Source of the DNA: Stegostoma tigrinum
Lineage: Eukaryota
Direction: 5' to 3'
DNA length: 64,000 nt
Assembly (NCBI RefSeq): GCF_030684315.1
Contig: NC_081358.1
Coordinates: 81,990,458-82,054,457, forward strand
Below are positions 13,141-25,340 of this stretch, piece by piece. The notes beneath the pieces are model-generated. The model was given only the letters and a program-made list of their open reading frames with translations. It was not told the DNA's origin and searched no databases. The stretch's first letter is position 1. The number at the start of each line of letters is the position of its first letter. Made by a program: the position numbers and the translations under genes.

Positions 13141-13251
13141 TGTGAATCCAATTTGCACTATGGCAGAGAATGATCTCGGGACAAACTTCCCTTGGTCAAA
13201 CTGCATCAACAGTGATGTCCTTCCAACTCCATGGTCACCTACCAGGATAGT
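13141..13251 (-). pseudogene. Orphan RAB37/RAB26-family exon (G1/P-loop and switch I), degenerate
   Basis: AG|TILVGDHGVGRTSLLMQFDQGKFVPRSFSAIVQIGFT|GTAAGT, 111 nt, phase 0/0. Resembles the RAB37-type TILVGDSGVGKTSLLVQFDQGKFIPGSFSATVGIGFT; the P-loop K has become R. Confidence 0.8.
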
Positions 13252-13254
13252 CTC

Positions 13255-14040
13255 TGCTAGGCAGGCTACATCATCTGCATATCTGACAGTACTCTCCCAA
13301 AACAAGCTAACCTCTGATATGGCAAGCAGGCCCCAGGACAACAAAGGGAATGCTTCCAGGAGAACCTCAAAACTTCCTTGGAGAAGTACAATTTCACATT
13401 GACATCTGGGAAATTCCAGGATACAACTGCCTGAAGTTGCACATCTGTGCACCTCAAGCCTCACCACTGGCGATGTAGTCTTGGTCTCATCACTGTCGAG
13501 AAATACATTGAGAAAGCAAACTCACCATTTGGTATTCTCAGTCACATGGCGATTGTTCCACACTCCCTGCTTTGGGTTGGATGAAGCAGCTGCAGCTTTT
13601 ACGATGCGCAAGTCAAGTTCAGTGCCAAGTGACAGACTATTGATAATTGTGAAGCTCTCAACAAGCTTCACTGTCAAATAGTCAATACTGGAAAACTGCA
13701 GCATGGCAAAATCCTGGGCTATGACACAAGTCTTCCTGATGCTCATGGTCAAACCAATCAGTTTAAAGGTGAAGGAGAGTCTGACCACTTGCCACTGAAG
13801 GCGTTCTTTGTAATTGAATATTTGTACAGCTTCAGAAGTATATAGCAACGCTCTAACAAGGGGGTGATACAACTTTGCCTTGAATATCAAGTAAACAAGG
13901 TTTATAGCTTTCCACCAGCTTTGCTATGTAAATAGACAGTCTCTGGAGATGATCTTAAAGTATGCACCAGCAGCAAATGGAAGAATATACCAAAAGGATG
14001 GAGCATTGATTCCAGAACCTTACACTCCTTGACCCCACAG
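13255..14040 (-). mobile_element. RTE-clade LINE RT fragment, decayed
   Basis: Motifs GGKL.N, RALLY.., GLTMSIRKT, RI.KAAAA, VW.N....TK resemble RTE/BovB-type ORF2. Confidence 0.7.
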
Positions 14041-14064
14041 TGGAGCTGAAAGGATTCTGATTCT

Positions 14065-14680
14065 TCTCTAACCCTAATGAGATCCAGGTAATAGGGACCA
14101 AATACCCTACCAAGGCACATAGTGGAATTTAAATGAAAAAAAGTCAGGAATTAAAAGTTCAATGATGATGACTACATAAGCATTGTCAATTGTTCTTAAA
14201 ACCAATCTGGTTCATCAATATCCTTTAGAGAAGACATCCTAGCCTGCATATCAGTTCAGACTCACTGCAAGGTGGTTGACTCTTATCTGCTCTCTGAAGT
14301 GGCCTAGCAGGCCATCAGTTGTATATAACTGCTATACAGTCTCAAAAAATAAGGAATGAAACCAAACAGGCTGCCTGGTATTGACCTATGCACCAGAAAT
14401 GATAACAGCAAACCCAGCCCTGACAGTACTGCAAACTGTCGACCTTTCCCTACTAGGAGCTGGAGTTGTGTCAACATTGAGAGAGTTGTCTCGTAAACTA
14501 GTCAAGCAACAGCCTGATATGTCCATACTCACTGAATCACACCTCACAGATAACATCCCAGACACCAATCTCTTTTCCTGGGTTTGTTCTGTCCTGCTGG
14601 CAGGACAGGGCCAGCAGAGGTAGCAGCAAATACATAATTGGGAGGACTTTACCCTGAGATTCCTTAACATTGATGATGGG
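14065..14680 (+). mobile_element. 5' end of a LINE: SINE-like leader followed by an AP-endonuclease start
   Basis: 14070-14330 aligns with the SINE at 52515-52750. It then reads LRELSRKLVKQQPDMSILTESHL and an RQDR..RG-like APE motif. Confidence 0.65.
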
Positions 14681-15354
14681 CAAACATAGAGAAATGGGAC
14701 TAGTTTAGATTGGGGAAACATGGTTGGCATGGACGAGTTGGACCAAAGGGTCTGTTTCTGCATTGTATGAGTCTGAATCCATGTTGGTTTAAGGCAAAAT
14801 GAATTAACCTGAATATTTTGTAAGATGCGGAAACCTTTTGGAGAAGTAAATAGTAGAACTGAGCTTATACCATAAATTTATAAAAACTGTAATGTTAAGT
14901 TGGTGTTGTTGTAAATGCAACAAAGTCTGTTTCTATAAAAAACTTGAAGTCTTGTAGGACAGTTCTGTCATTTAATTGCTGGATGCTTTTTTTAGAATAT
15001 TGACAGTCCCTAAAAGGATTGTAACAATCTTTATCTATTCTGCCAGTGATATTGTCAAGAAACTCTAATAAATTAATCAAAAGAGTTCTCTGTGTTGTCT
15101 TTTTCTAATCATTGCGTGATTTTAAAAGTGAATTGTTAAGATTTCCCTAGATTTCAGTTCATTCCTGACAACAAACATAGGGCCACATTGTCTGTAGATT
15201 CATTTTCTACTTTCCTCTATTCTATATGTATGACTACGAGGTGAAATCATGTTATTTGCAGGTTAATAGAAATCATCATTTAGAAATTTTAGAAATGCAT
15301 GCCAAATTGCAGTTGTTTATGCGTGTTATAGGCCGAGTCTGGATAATAAGCAAG

Positions 15355-15520
15355 AAAAGCTTGCATTTATTTAGTGCTTTCACAGCCATCATCTGTCCCA
15401 AAGTACTTTACAATGAATGAAGAACCTATGAAATATAGTCACTCTTGTGTGGGCAAAGAACATTAACGTAATGCAAAGCACACCAAGGAGAGAGAATCAG
15501 AAGAGTATGCTGATTGTGAT
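15355..15520 (-). mobile_element. Ancient SINE 3' fragment (AmnSINE1/SacSINE1-like tail)
   Basis: ttgcatttatttagtgcttt...gtcccaaagtactttaca..agtcact pattern. Related copies at ~32210-32400 (+) and ~63055-63330 (-). Confidence 0.5.
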
Positions 15521-15685
15521 AAATGTTACATGGTGTGTGGGCCATGTGTTGCTTAAACACTAGCATACACTTGAATGACTTGTTGTGTGCTTTATACATT
15601 AAAGGCACTTTGTAGAGAAAGGTGTTGTTTAAACTGTGACAACATGCTGAGTGTAAGTATACCACAGTTTATCATCATTCTACTA

Positions 15686-15826
15686 CAGGTGGACACTCTC
15701 AAATCTGGCCACTCAAAAATTGGCACAATTAAATGCAATTTGAATTTCTCATTCTGAAAACTGGTAAGTTCCAAGAACTGGCATGTCCTCACAGACCTGA
15801 AACTGCTAAATTTGAGAGTGTCCCTG
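15686..15826. mobile_element. Tigger/pogo-type MITE
   Basis: TIRs caggtggacactctcaaat ... atttgagagtgtccctg; TA on the left flank. Confidence 0.65.
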
Positions 15827-17659
15827 TTAAAAAGCAAAGTGGAGCTATTCTACTGTCCGAAACCAAAATATTGTGAATGCTGGAAATCTGAAATATGAAG
15901 AGGTACAGGAAGTACTCAGCATTGGTCACAGAATCTGACATTTTAACTCTGTTTCTCTCTCCAATATGCTGCATGACATTCTGTGCATTTCTGAAATTTT
16001 TCTGTTTTTATATTTGTTAATTCTCTCTAGTCTGGTGTTCACTTCAGACAATTTGATTCAAATTTGAAGATCAGATTTATGTCCTTGAGTTGAAGAATGA
16101 GGTAGTGTGAGGTACAAATCTTGTTTAAAGCACTTGAACTCGCTTAACGCTACAGCAGATTGACATTGCAAAATGAAGTAAAGCATTTCTGTGTTATGCC
16201 ACCAGGTCAACATTCTTCTGGATGTAACCAGGTGAAAAGCATGTTTTTCAAACATATTAGAGAAATACAAATAACATTGTAGAAATGCAACACTCCTAAA
16301 TGTCAGTCAGTCCTGGTGGACCTGCAAGTTTGCCAAATGAAATAAATAGCCCACTTAAGCCTTCATGCATTTCAACAAAAACCCAACTGTGGATTATTAA
16401 GTTAACATTCCATAATTATGAGAGAAACCGTGTGGGAAAAAATAGATTATTTCAATAGTATTTATTGCTTCAAATTCTCTGAAAATATTGCATTTTTGAT
16501 GCAGTTCTCATGTCACAGAATTCTGTTCTGAATTCCCAACTTTCGTTAAGAAGTTACATTAACCTTTTTTACTGCTTTTTGCCACATTATTGAAGGTTAA
16601 GGATACAATCTTCAGTCTGGACAATTTTTGGCATTGTAAGAGGCCACATAATTTTTTTTATAACTATAAACTGAAATGGGAATTGCACTTGTATAACTGA
16701 AATGCCAGAAGAGTTTTGCAAATTAAACATCAAATGCTACATGTTATTGAATTGTGGATTACTATGTTACTTTTTGAGACCGAGCAGCGCCAAGAATCTT
16801 TTGAATTAAGGAAATTCTGCCTGATGACAGTCTTTTGACTGGTCAAGCTGCAGTTAAGAAACATGTTAAAGAATTCTGAAAGGCTGGGAACAGCAAAGAA
16901 AAAACTGCAAACGGAAAGCATCCATTTCTTCCTCTCTCTCTCCATTTCAAAACATAAGACAGAAAAACTCAGTAAGCTGTAATGGAAAACAAGAAAATAT
17001 TTAGGTTCACCTGATCAACTATTGAATTGAAGAATGTGGACAATACCATGTCATCATCGCTAAAATCAAAAATATTGTAAAAAGAATACTTTTCCACCTT
17101 ATGGCCTGGTCTTCTGATCTTCAGAATGTTTAGCTTGTATATGTCGTTTACCACCCACAGTGTAAATGTTAAACTATTTGAGTTTTGTCTGTTCTACTTA
17201 TCATAGTATTTGGGAATATTTGAAGGAATGCAGTTTAAGTTGCATTCTAGGAGAATAGAAATGCTTCCTTGTATCTCCTCCTGTTAAACTTAAGTGTATT
17301 ACAATAAATAGATATTTTGTGTTAGTGACAAAATCTGGTGTGAATTTCTTTCAGTCTGAGTAGCAGTTAGTCAAATTGGTTATCTTGGTGCTCTCATTGG
17401 GATGTTATACATTTATACGTGTTAGGATGGCTTTTAGAACAGTGGGGCAAGATCACTGTTGCTGTCGTTCTAGTGAAGTTGTAACAATGCTGTGCCCTGT
17501 TTCTCCATAGTCTTTAGTCAGCCATTTTATCTCACAAAGATTCACAAGCAGGAATGCTGGTGCTGTCCGTCACATTTAAGAAAAACAGTGGAGTTCAACC
17601 TTGGAGCAAAACAACAGAAAACAAACTCAAATGAGTGGAATCTCATCAGAGTCTGAATG

Positions 17660-18300
17660 GTGTGAACTATGATGAGACTTAGACTGGATTTGACTTTGTA
17701 CCTTGCCAAACATGCCAAACAAGCTAGAATTCAAGCATTCTCGACGTGGAAACCGGAACAGGTACCTGGTGACTCACCATTGGCTGTGAGGATCCTACTT
17801 GTTGCTCAGAACCAAAAATCATCTCAGGGTGCAATAAATGGGCACCAGCTGCGTGCATTCCTCATTCACAGACACTTAGCATTCAACATTTGCCAACCTC
17901 ATGGCACCTCCCTGCCCCACTTGCAGGATGCTTACAAAACACAGACCAGCATAGCGGGTGCACTGGTAACCAGTTTTGAAGAACTGCTGTAAAGACACTT
18001 TGCACACATTGGCTGACACATGAAAGGGGTTGTTTGGAGCTGTCTTTGGTGAAGTGCTTGGGGGGGACCCTAGTTTGGACCGAGTTCACTGCATTATCCT
18101 GTGTGCAATATGCTCTGCACAATTGAAGCAGTCAATGAGGTGATATGTTAGATGCTGAAGAGATGGGGAATGGGCGCAGTCTTCTGAGGATGAGGATGAG
18201 AACAAGAACATTGAGGAGCAGGAAGATTTCCTTATGCATGACAAAAAGCAGCTACAATAGATATTACAAGCCAGACAGGACCTGATTGATATCGAGTAGA
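17660..18300 (+). mobile_element. Fossil Harbinger/HARBI1-like transposase fragment
   Basis: PLAVRIL, QGAING(H), a ..ALHN-like segment at ~18110, an acidic tract, then ARQDLI. Internally deleted and frameshifted. Confidence 0.5.
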
Positions 18301-19332
18301 TCGACAGCTAGCTGAGTGTAAAAGATGATCATGGACCATAAAATAGTGGTTGGTCATGATACCAGGCATTGGTTGACATTGTGAGACAAACTGCAGTCTT
18401 TATTTGGTTTATTTGTGATTGCTTATGCTGTCTGTTTAGAATTATTCAGTTGCTATTTTATCTGTGATGTTCCTCTCCGGACAATGACAAGCTGCAGTAG
18501 GGTATTGGAGACAGAGCAGTAATGACTTAACAGGATGTAGCTAAGGTAAAATGTGTGGTCTGGTGGTTAAATCGTATCTCGAGTGGGAGAATGGAGCTCC
18601 AAGCACGAGGGATATGCCGTGAACAACATGCCTTTGTGGCTGCTGTGCCATGATATTGCCGGTGAGGGGCAATGCCAGATTGCTCATGTTTGTCCCGGTG
18701 CACAGCAGCAGATTTTTAAAGATGACACAAGGGATGTTGGTCATTGATGAATATCTGGTGATTGTTAAGCTGTTCTGAGAACAGCCTATGATAAAATGGT
18801 GCTAGAATCAAACAAGGGTGACCTATAAGGACGTGGAAGGCTTATTATAATGAGACAACTTTGGTCAGATATGGTGAGAAAACGCATTAGGCCTTACTGC
18901 AAAAAACCCTCCAAAACAACTTGATGCAACTGACAGCTAGTCAAAGAAACTGAAGATTCAGCCCAATATGTTGTGCAAAAATTATGTTTTGGCAATTGTA
19001 GTTGCTACTGTATGTGTGTGTGTGGTATGTGAATGTGAACATATCTATCTGGGTCTTAGCCTTGTGTGATTGTGATGTCTGTCAAGGAGGAGGGCTGGAA
19101 CAGATTAGAATTTTTAACAGTGTTAACACGCCCCTGCAGACATAGTTCAGATTATTTTGAATTTATATCAGGCACAAGCATTTGTCTGCATTTAAAGTAT
19201 TGGACATCTGTATCTTTGATTGGTTTTGAAGTATTCTCTGTTCTAAGGCCCGCAATTGCTAATTTGGCTGCAACTGAGAAAATTTCTCCCTCCAACAGCC
19301 ATGAGCCAAGAAGATCTTGAAATGCAAAAGAA

Positions 19333-19335
<3 letters not shown>

Positions 19336-19412
<77 letters not shown>
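19336..19412 (+). repeat. (GT)n microsatellite
   Basis: Direct reading. Confidence 0.98.
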
Positions 19413-19413
<1 letters not shown>

Positions 19414-19839
19414 TGTTCAGTGACACATTCTTCGAATTCCACGGTGGGATGGGTGAAAGTACAAGGCCATTGAGAGCCGTCTCAGGTTTTGACATCACAA
19501 AAGGCAACTAAATATTAACAAAGGGAGTTGTGGTTTTACAGGTTTAACACCAGTTTGTTAGATCGCAGTAATGCCCATTTTGAGCACTGACGACGCTGAC
19601 AGCCAGCTCCCCTTTTGTGGCTGAAGCTCACAAACCCCTGCAATCAAACTAGGAACTGCGGACGCTGGAAATCTGAAACACAAACAGAAATTACTGGGAA
19701 GACTCAGCGGGTCAGGCAGCATCTGTGGAGAGAAAGCAGAGTTCGTGTTTTCAGTCTGGTGACCCTTCTTCAGAACAAACCCTTTTCACATTAAATCAAC
19801 CAACTATTGAGTTTGGTGGGGGCAGGGTTCATTTCCCCC

Positions 19840-21535
19840 TTAACTTCTGGCAAGATGACCACAGGGTAAGTCTCTCCATTTGGAGCTCCACTCTGCTCGC
19901 TGGCTCCTTTTCCTTTTTCTTTCTTTTTGTCTTGTTCTTCACTCTCCTCTTTGCAGTAATTCTATCCCCCTCCTGTCCCTTTTAACTACCTACCTAAGGA
20001 GTTGGGTCATGGCCAGGAGCCATTTGGCAGGAGCTGAATGCCTGGGCCATGTCCTGCAGTGATGGTGGATTGACATCAGTGGATCAAGAGTGGGTCTATT
20101 TGGCAGTGAGAGTGGGGCCGGTGGGAGGGCTGTCAGTGGTGAGAGCGGGCCCGGTGCGGGAGCATTGGCGGTGAGAGTGGGCTGGTGAGGGGGCTGTCAG
20201 TGGTGAGAGCAGCGCTGGTGAGGGGGCGAGGGCGGTGAGAGCGGGCCGGTGAGGGGGTTGTCAGTGGTGAGAGTGGGCCCGGTGAGGGGTCAATAGCGGT
20301 GAGAGCAGGGCTGGTGAGGGGGCGATGGTGGTGAGAGCGGGGCAGTGAGAGGGAGACGATGTTGAGAACGGTCTGGTGAGGGGGTGATGGTGTTGAGAAC
20401 GGGGCCGGTGAGTGGGTGATGGCAGCGAGGGTGGGCTGGTGAGGGGGTGATGGCAGTTAGAGCGGGCCGGTGAGGGGGCAATGGCGGTGAGACCAGGGCA
20501 GTGAGGGGTGATGGCAGTGAGAATGGGGCCAGTGAGTGGGCGATGGCGGTGAGGGTGGGCCGGTGAGGGGGAGATGGCGGTGACAGCGGGCCGTTGAGTG
20601 GGTGATGGCAGTGAGAGTGGGCCGGTAAGCGGGTGATGGCAGTGACAGCAGGGCTGGTGAGGGGGCGATGGCAGCGAGAGCGGGCCAGTGAGGGGGCAAT
20701 GGTGGTGAGAGCATGCCGATGCGGAGATCATGGTGTTAAGAGCGGGCCAGTGATGCGGCTGATGGTGGTGAGAGCCAGCTGGTGAGGAGGTGATATTGGT
20801 GAGAGTGGGGCTGGTGAGTGGGCAATGGCAGTGAGTGTGGACCAGTGAGGGGGCTGTCAGTGGTGAAAGCGTGCCGGTGAAGGGGTGATGGCGGTGAGAC
20901 CGGGCCAGTGAGGGGGGAATGGCGGTGAGAGCGGGCCAGTGAGCTGGTGATGGCGATGAGAGCCAGCTGGTGAGAGGATGATGGCAGTGAGAGCGAGCAG
21001 GTGAGGGGACTTTCAGTGGTGAGAGTGGGGCCTGTGAGGGGGTGATTGTGGTGAGATCGGGTGAGTGAGGGAGTGATGGTGTTGAGAACAGGCCGGTGAG
21101 GGGGTAATGGTAGTGAGGGCGGGCCAGTGAGGTGGTGATGGCGGTGAGAGCGGGGCCTGTGAGGGGGTGATGGTGTTCAGAACGGGCCAGTGAGGGGGTG
21201 ATGGTGGTGAGAGCGGGCCAGTGAGGGGGTGATGGTGGTGAGAGTGAGGCCAGTGAAGTAGCAATGGTGGTGAGAGCGGGCCTTTCGCATGACCACAGCA
21301 GCATTGGCAGTTTCCTAGGTGCCTAGCGATTTTAGCACGCCTACACCATTATGGAGATGGGTCTTGGGCCTGAGATCTTGGCTTTTTTTATATCTTGCTT
21401 ACCTTTTGGCTCTGTTAAATCTTTTAATTCTGGTTTTTGTAACGAAGTCAGTGCCAGTGAGTGGCAGTTTTGTGCACTTTTTTGTTGTACTTATGCATTC
21501 CTATACTTGGTACATGTGACAAATAAATAAATTGA
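19840..21535 (+). mobile_element. Composite non-autonomous retroposon: head + pyrimidine tract + VNTR + Rex1-like tail
   Basis: Ends ..cacttttttgttgtac..ggtacatgtgacaaataaataaa, matching the tail of the Rex1/Babar LINE at ~40055-40100 (minus strand). 5' boundary approximate. Confidence 0.55.
20100..21282 (+). repeat. GC-rich minisatellite/VNTR, ~30-bp unit, roughly 40 diverged copies
   Basis: Consensus approximately GTGAGGGGGTGATGGCGGTGAGAGCGGGCC(A/G); G-rich on the plus strand. Confidence 0.95.
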
Positions 21536-21739
21536 AGAATTGGATTCATTGTCTCAGATGTGATACTGCAACACTGGAGGGGCAAGGTGCATTTGCACTG
21601 CAATGTGATCTATGGGAGTTCCACAACAGCATCACTGTTCAACTTCAAACAAAAACAAATGAAACTTTCCGAAATCAACCAATCAATCATTTGCCAAAAA
21701 ATAAAACCCACATAATGATTATTCAGGATAACAAATTAT

Positions 21740-22228
21740 TAAGCTGGAGAGGGTTCAGAAGAGATTTAACCAGGATATTGCTGGGAATGGAGGGTTTCAG
21801 TTATAAGGGGAGGCTACATAGGTTGGGACTTTTAACACTGGAGTGTAGGAGGTTAAGGGGTGAACTTACAGAGGTTCATAAAAACATTAGAGGTGTAGAA
21901 AAGGTGAGTGGCAGGTGTCTTTTCTCTAGAGTGGGGGATTTCAAGACTAGGAGGCATATTTTTAAGGTGAGAGGAGAAACATTTTAAGAAGACACAAGAG
22001 GCAATATTTTTACGCAGAATGGTTTGTGTGTGGAATGAACTTACAGACAAAGTGCCGGATGTGTGTACAATTACATTTAAGGAACATTTGGATAAATGCA
22101 TAAGTAAGAAATATTTGGAAGGATATGAGCCAAGCGCAGGCAGGTGGGACTGGTTTAGTTTGGGATTATGGTCAGTATGGACTGGCTGAACCGAAGGGTC
22201 AGTTTCCATGTGTAAGACTCTATGGCTC
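21740..22228 (+). mobile_element. CR1/HER1-type LINE 3' end
   Basis: RILLGMEGFSYKGRLHRLGLLTLECRRLRGEL.EV.K, TR.H.FKV; tail gactctatggctcta. Confidence 0.85.
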
Positions 22229-22609
22229 TAGTAGGCGCCAGTGAGGAAGGAACTTGGAGTAGGCTTAATGGACCACAGATGGTAGGAAAACAAAAGAAAA
22301 TTGCAGTTCTGAGGGGAATTGTAGTGGTTACAGTGAAGCTTTCCCTTGACAACATTTACAAGTATCTCAAGTGAAACAACAATGAAAGAAAAAATGCCAT
22401 GATAACTCAAGCAGAGCAGGCAGAGTCTGCATAAGGAAATGATGTTAATATCTCAGTTCTGGATGGCCTTAATTAGAATCAGTACTTTAACTGGCAACTT
22501 TATCTATCAGATATGTCCTTAATTCTTTATTCAGTAGTTTTGAGCATTATACAGATGATGCTTGTTTATGTGCTTACTCAGAAAGCTTATTGTTGAGTCC
22601 TTTTCCATA

Positions 22610-22990
22610 AACCAGGTCTCCGTCCCGTTCCCCAACTGCATCCCAAAACCAGCCCAGCTCGTCCCCGCCTCCCTAACCTGTTCTTCCTCTCTCCTATCCC
22701 CTCCTCCCAACTCAAGCTGCACCTCCATTTCCCACCTACTAACCTCATCCCACCTTCTTGACCTGTCCATCCTCCCCGGACTGACCTATCCCCTCCCCAC
22801 CTATACTCTCCTCTCCACCTATCTTCTCCTCTATCCATCTTCGGTCCGCCTCCCCCTCTCTCCCTATTTATTTCAGAACCCTCTCCCCATCCCCCTCTCT
22901 GATGAAGGGTCTAGGCCCGAAACGTCAGCTTTTGTGCTCCTGAGATGCTGCTTGGCCTGCTGTGTTCATCCAGCTCCACACTTTGTTACC
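22610..22990 (+). mobile_element. Penelope 3' end / pLTR, young copy
   Basis: Near-identical to 10380-10790. Confidence 0.85.
22899..22926 (+). ncRNA. Minimal type-I hammerhead ribozyme motif, core intact
   Basis: CTGATGA-A-GGGTCTAGGCCC (stem II)-GAAAC-GTC. Palindromic ACGT stem III; stem I only ~2 bp. Confidence 0.6.
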
Positions 22991-24239
22991 TGTAAAAAAT
23001 CAGTTCTTATGCCAACAACCACCCCAACTAGATCCTGCAACACTGAGTACCATTTTCTGTATCTAATTGGGACCCCCTCAATCAAAGCAAACATAGAAGT
23101 CAAAAATAATTATTGTCAATAATTTGACAGCCTGGCCTTTGGTAGACTGAAGAAAACAGTAACTGGGAACAAGGATCTCCAACCCAAGTTTACGCTTCAC
23201 TGGGCAGCAATCGGGTCTCTGCATTTCCTACAATCAGTAGACAGTTAGTCTCAGTGATGGTGACCATGAAACTATTATTGACTGAAATCACCCATCTGCT
23301 TCAATAGTGCCCTCAGGAAGTTTGACATTTTAACTTTTTGTGACTCCAGGCCAAAAGCAATGCGGTTGACTCTATCTGCCCTTTGAAATAGCAGAGATAA
23401 GTTGCTCAGTTCAAAGGGTCCCAACCTGAAGCATTGACTCTCATGCTCCTCTGAAGCTGCCTGACCTGCTGTGTTCCTCTAGATCCACACAGTACTGATC
23501 GTGACTCCAGCATCTGCAGCTCTTGCTATCTCCACTTGGCATGAATGAACTTCTTCACATTCAATCCTGTTTCTCATGTGCCTCCGGCAAACATACCCGC
23601 TGTCCCTGCATCTGTTTGTGCAATTAGGTCAGGTTTTCAATGGCTGACATCAAAGGGTCTTCACCTGCCTGACATTGGGCAGATGCCTGATTTTCAGCAG
23701 CCTCTCTGAGTACTGGGAAGCTTGGCTGTTCCATCCTCTGTTAATTGCAGGAATGTGACAGTAATGCACTCAGTTGGTTGATAGCTGGTTTGCAATACAG
23801 ATTGATGCCAACAGCATAGGCCAAGGTTATCATGCAGGACTCAACTTTTCCCCTCACCTGAAGCATGGTGACCCTTAAGTTAAATCACCATTAGTTGTGT
23901 CTCCCTCTGTCTCTTTCTAAAGAGACAGCAGCTCTGTGGTTTTGTTAGACTCTGGTGACTTTACCTTTACAGCTTATTTTTCAGAACAAATAAAAGCAAA
24001 ATTTGGTGGAAATTTGAAATAAGTAAAGAAAATTGCTGTAAACACACAACAGATCTGGCAGCATCTGCAGAGAGAAAACAGAACTGACCTACTAACTCTG
24101 CACACTTTCTGTAGACTTTCATATTTACTATAATGTTGATTATTTAATCCAGGCAGCCAATGAACATCTTCATATAAAATACTCAGCGTGTTTCTTTGGA
24201 TTAAAGTCTTTGGCACACAACAAAGCATCTGGCATGTAT

Positions 24240-24790
24240 AAAGCACCTTGCAACGCAGCCACAAAAGGTCACATTGCTTCTCAGCAGTGTTATCAAATAA
24301 AAACTGACATTATAAGAACATTTGGAAAGATAACAAGAGGCTACATATTAAGGAACATTTTAAGGTGAGCAAGGTAGGGTAGGAATTCTACAGATTAAGG
24401 TCCAGGCTGCTAAAGGCATAGAAGCCAATTAAAATTGAGGATGAGCAAGAGTCAGAATTGGAGAATTGGAGAACTCGCAAAAGGTTAAACAATTTGAGAA
24501 GGTTGTGGATAGAGAGGGGCTAGGCAATGAAGGATTTGAAAACAAAATAAGAATGTTAAAATTGAAGCCTTGTTGTACCAGCAACAAATGTGGATCAGTG
24601 AACGTAGATGTGATGGCAAAATTGGCCATGGTGCAAGTTAGGGTACAGGCAACAGCGTTTTAAATGGGCTCATGTTTAAGGAGGGTACAGGATAATAGGT
24701 TGGTCAGGGGAGCGCTGAAACAGTCACAACTAGAGATAACAAAGGCCTTTCAGCATTGTCTGAACTCTCGTACAAATGGTTGAGTAATGT
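24240..24790 (-). mobile_element. Old L2-type LINE fragment
   Basis: Reverse strand resembles 1640-2140 (FNFNILILFSNPS..). Confidence 0.5.
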
Positions 24791-24819
24791 TGTGGAGTTG
24801 AAGTGAATAGTTTCTGCAA

Positions 24820-25340
24820 CAAGGTCATCACCTCCTGACTCCCCAAAGCCTATCCATCATTCTCAAGGTGCAAGGCGCACTTGCCTGGAGGACTGCAGCT
24901 CCAGTAACATCCAAGAAGCAGAATACCATCCCAGGTGAAACAACTCATTTGATCTGATACCCCATCCACCAACTTAAACATTCACTTGTCCCCATCACTG
25001 ACACACACACAGACAGCTGTGTATTCTATCTTCAAGATGCACTCTAAAAAAATCACTAGAGTTCTATTGACAACATCTTTAAAACCTGCAATCTCTCCAC
25101 CTAGAATATCAAGGTGTAATTTCCCTCCTAGTCATACACCTCTTGACTTGGAACAATATTACCTTTCCTTCACAGTTGTTGGAAGAAAAGCCATGATAAT
25201 TCCTTCACAACAATGCTATGAATCCACCTACACCAATTGGATTGTAATGGCTCAGGAAGTCAGCTCACCAGCACCATTCCCAATGGCATTAAGGATGAGC
25301 CTTATCAGCAGTGCTCACACGTCATGAAAGAATATTTAAC
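24820..25340 (+). mobile_element. Decayed copy of the 1-920 LINE family
   Basis: cacctcctgactccccaaagcct.. through the ctcaccagcacc..tgctcacacgtcatgaaagaata tail. Confidence 0.7.

Noticed and set aside
13105-13467. 120-aa ORF as a real Rab protein or RTE-Rab fusion
   Set aside because: The N-terminal part is off-frame RTE sequence, the P-loop lysine is lost, and the G3-G5 motifs are absent.
19152-19511. HT/CV-repeat ORFs (also 44971-45186 and 47237-47660)
   Set aside because: Translations of (CA)n microsatellites.
20100-21282. CRISPR-like array
   Set aside because: Contiguous tandem units with no unique spacers, in eukaryotic DNA without cas genes.
20261-21304. 347-aa Pro/His/Ser/Thr-rich ORF
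   Set aside because: Translation of the C-rich strand of a ~30-bp VNTR, which naturally lacks stops. No splice sites or domain.
22562-23122. 186-aa ORF
   Set aside because: Read-through of the pyrimidine-rich Penelope 3'UTR/pLTR.
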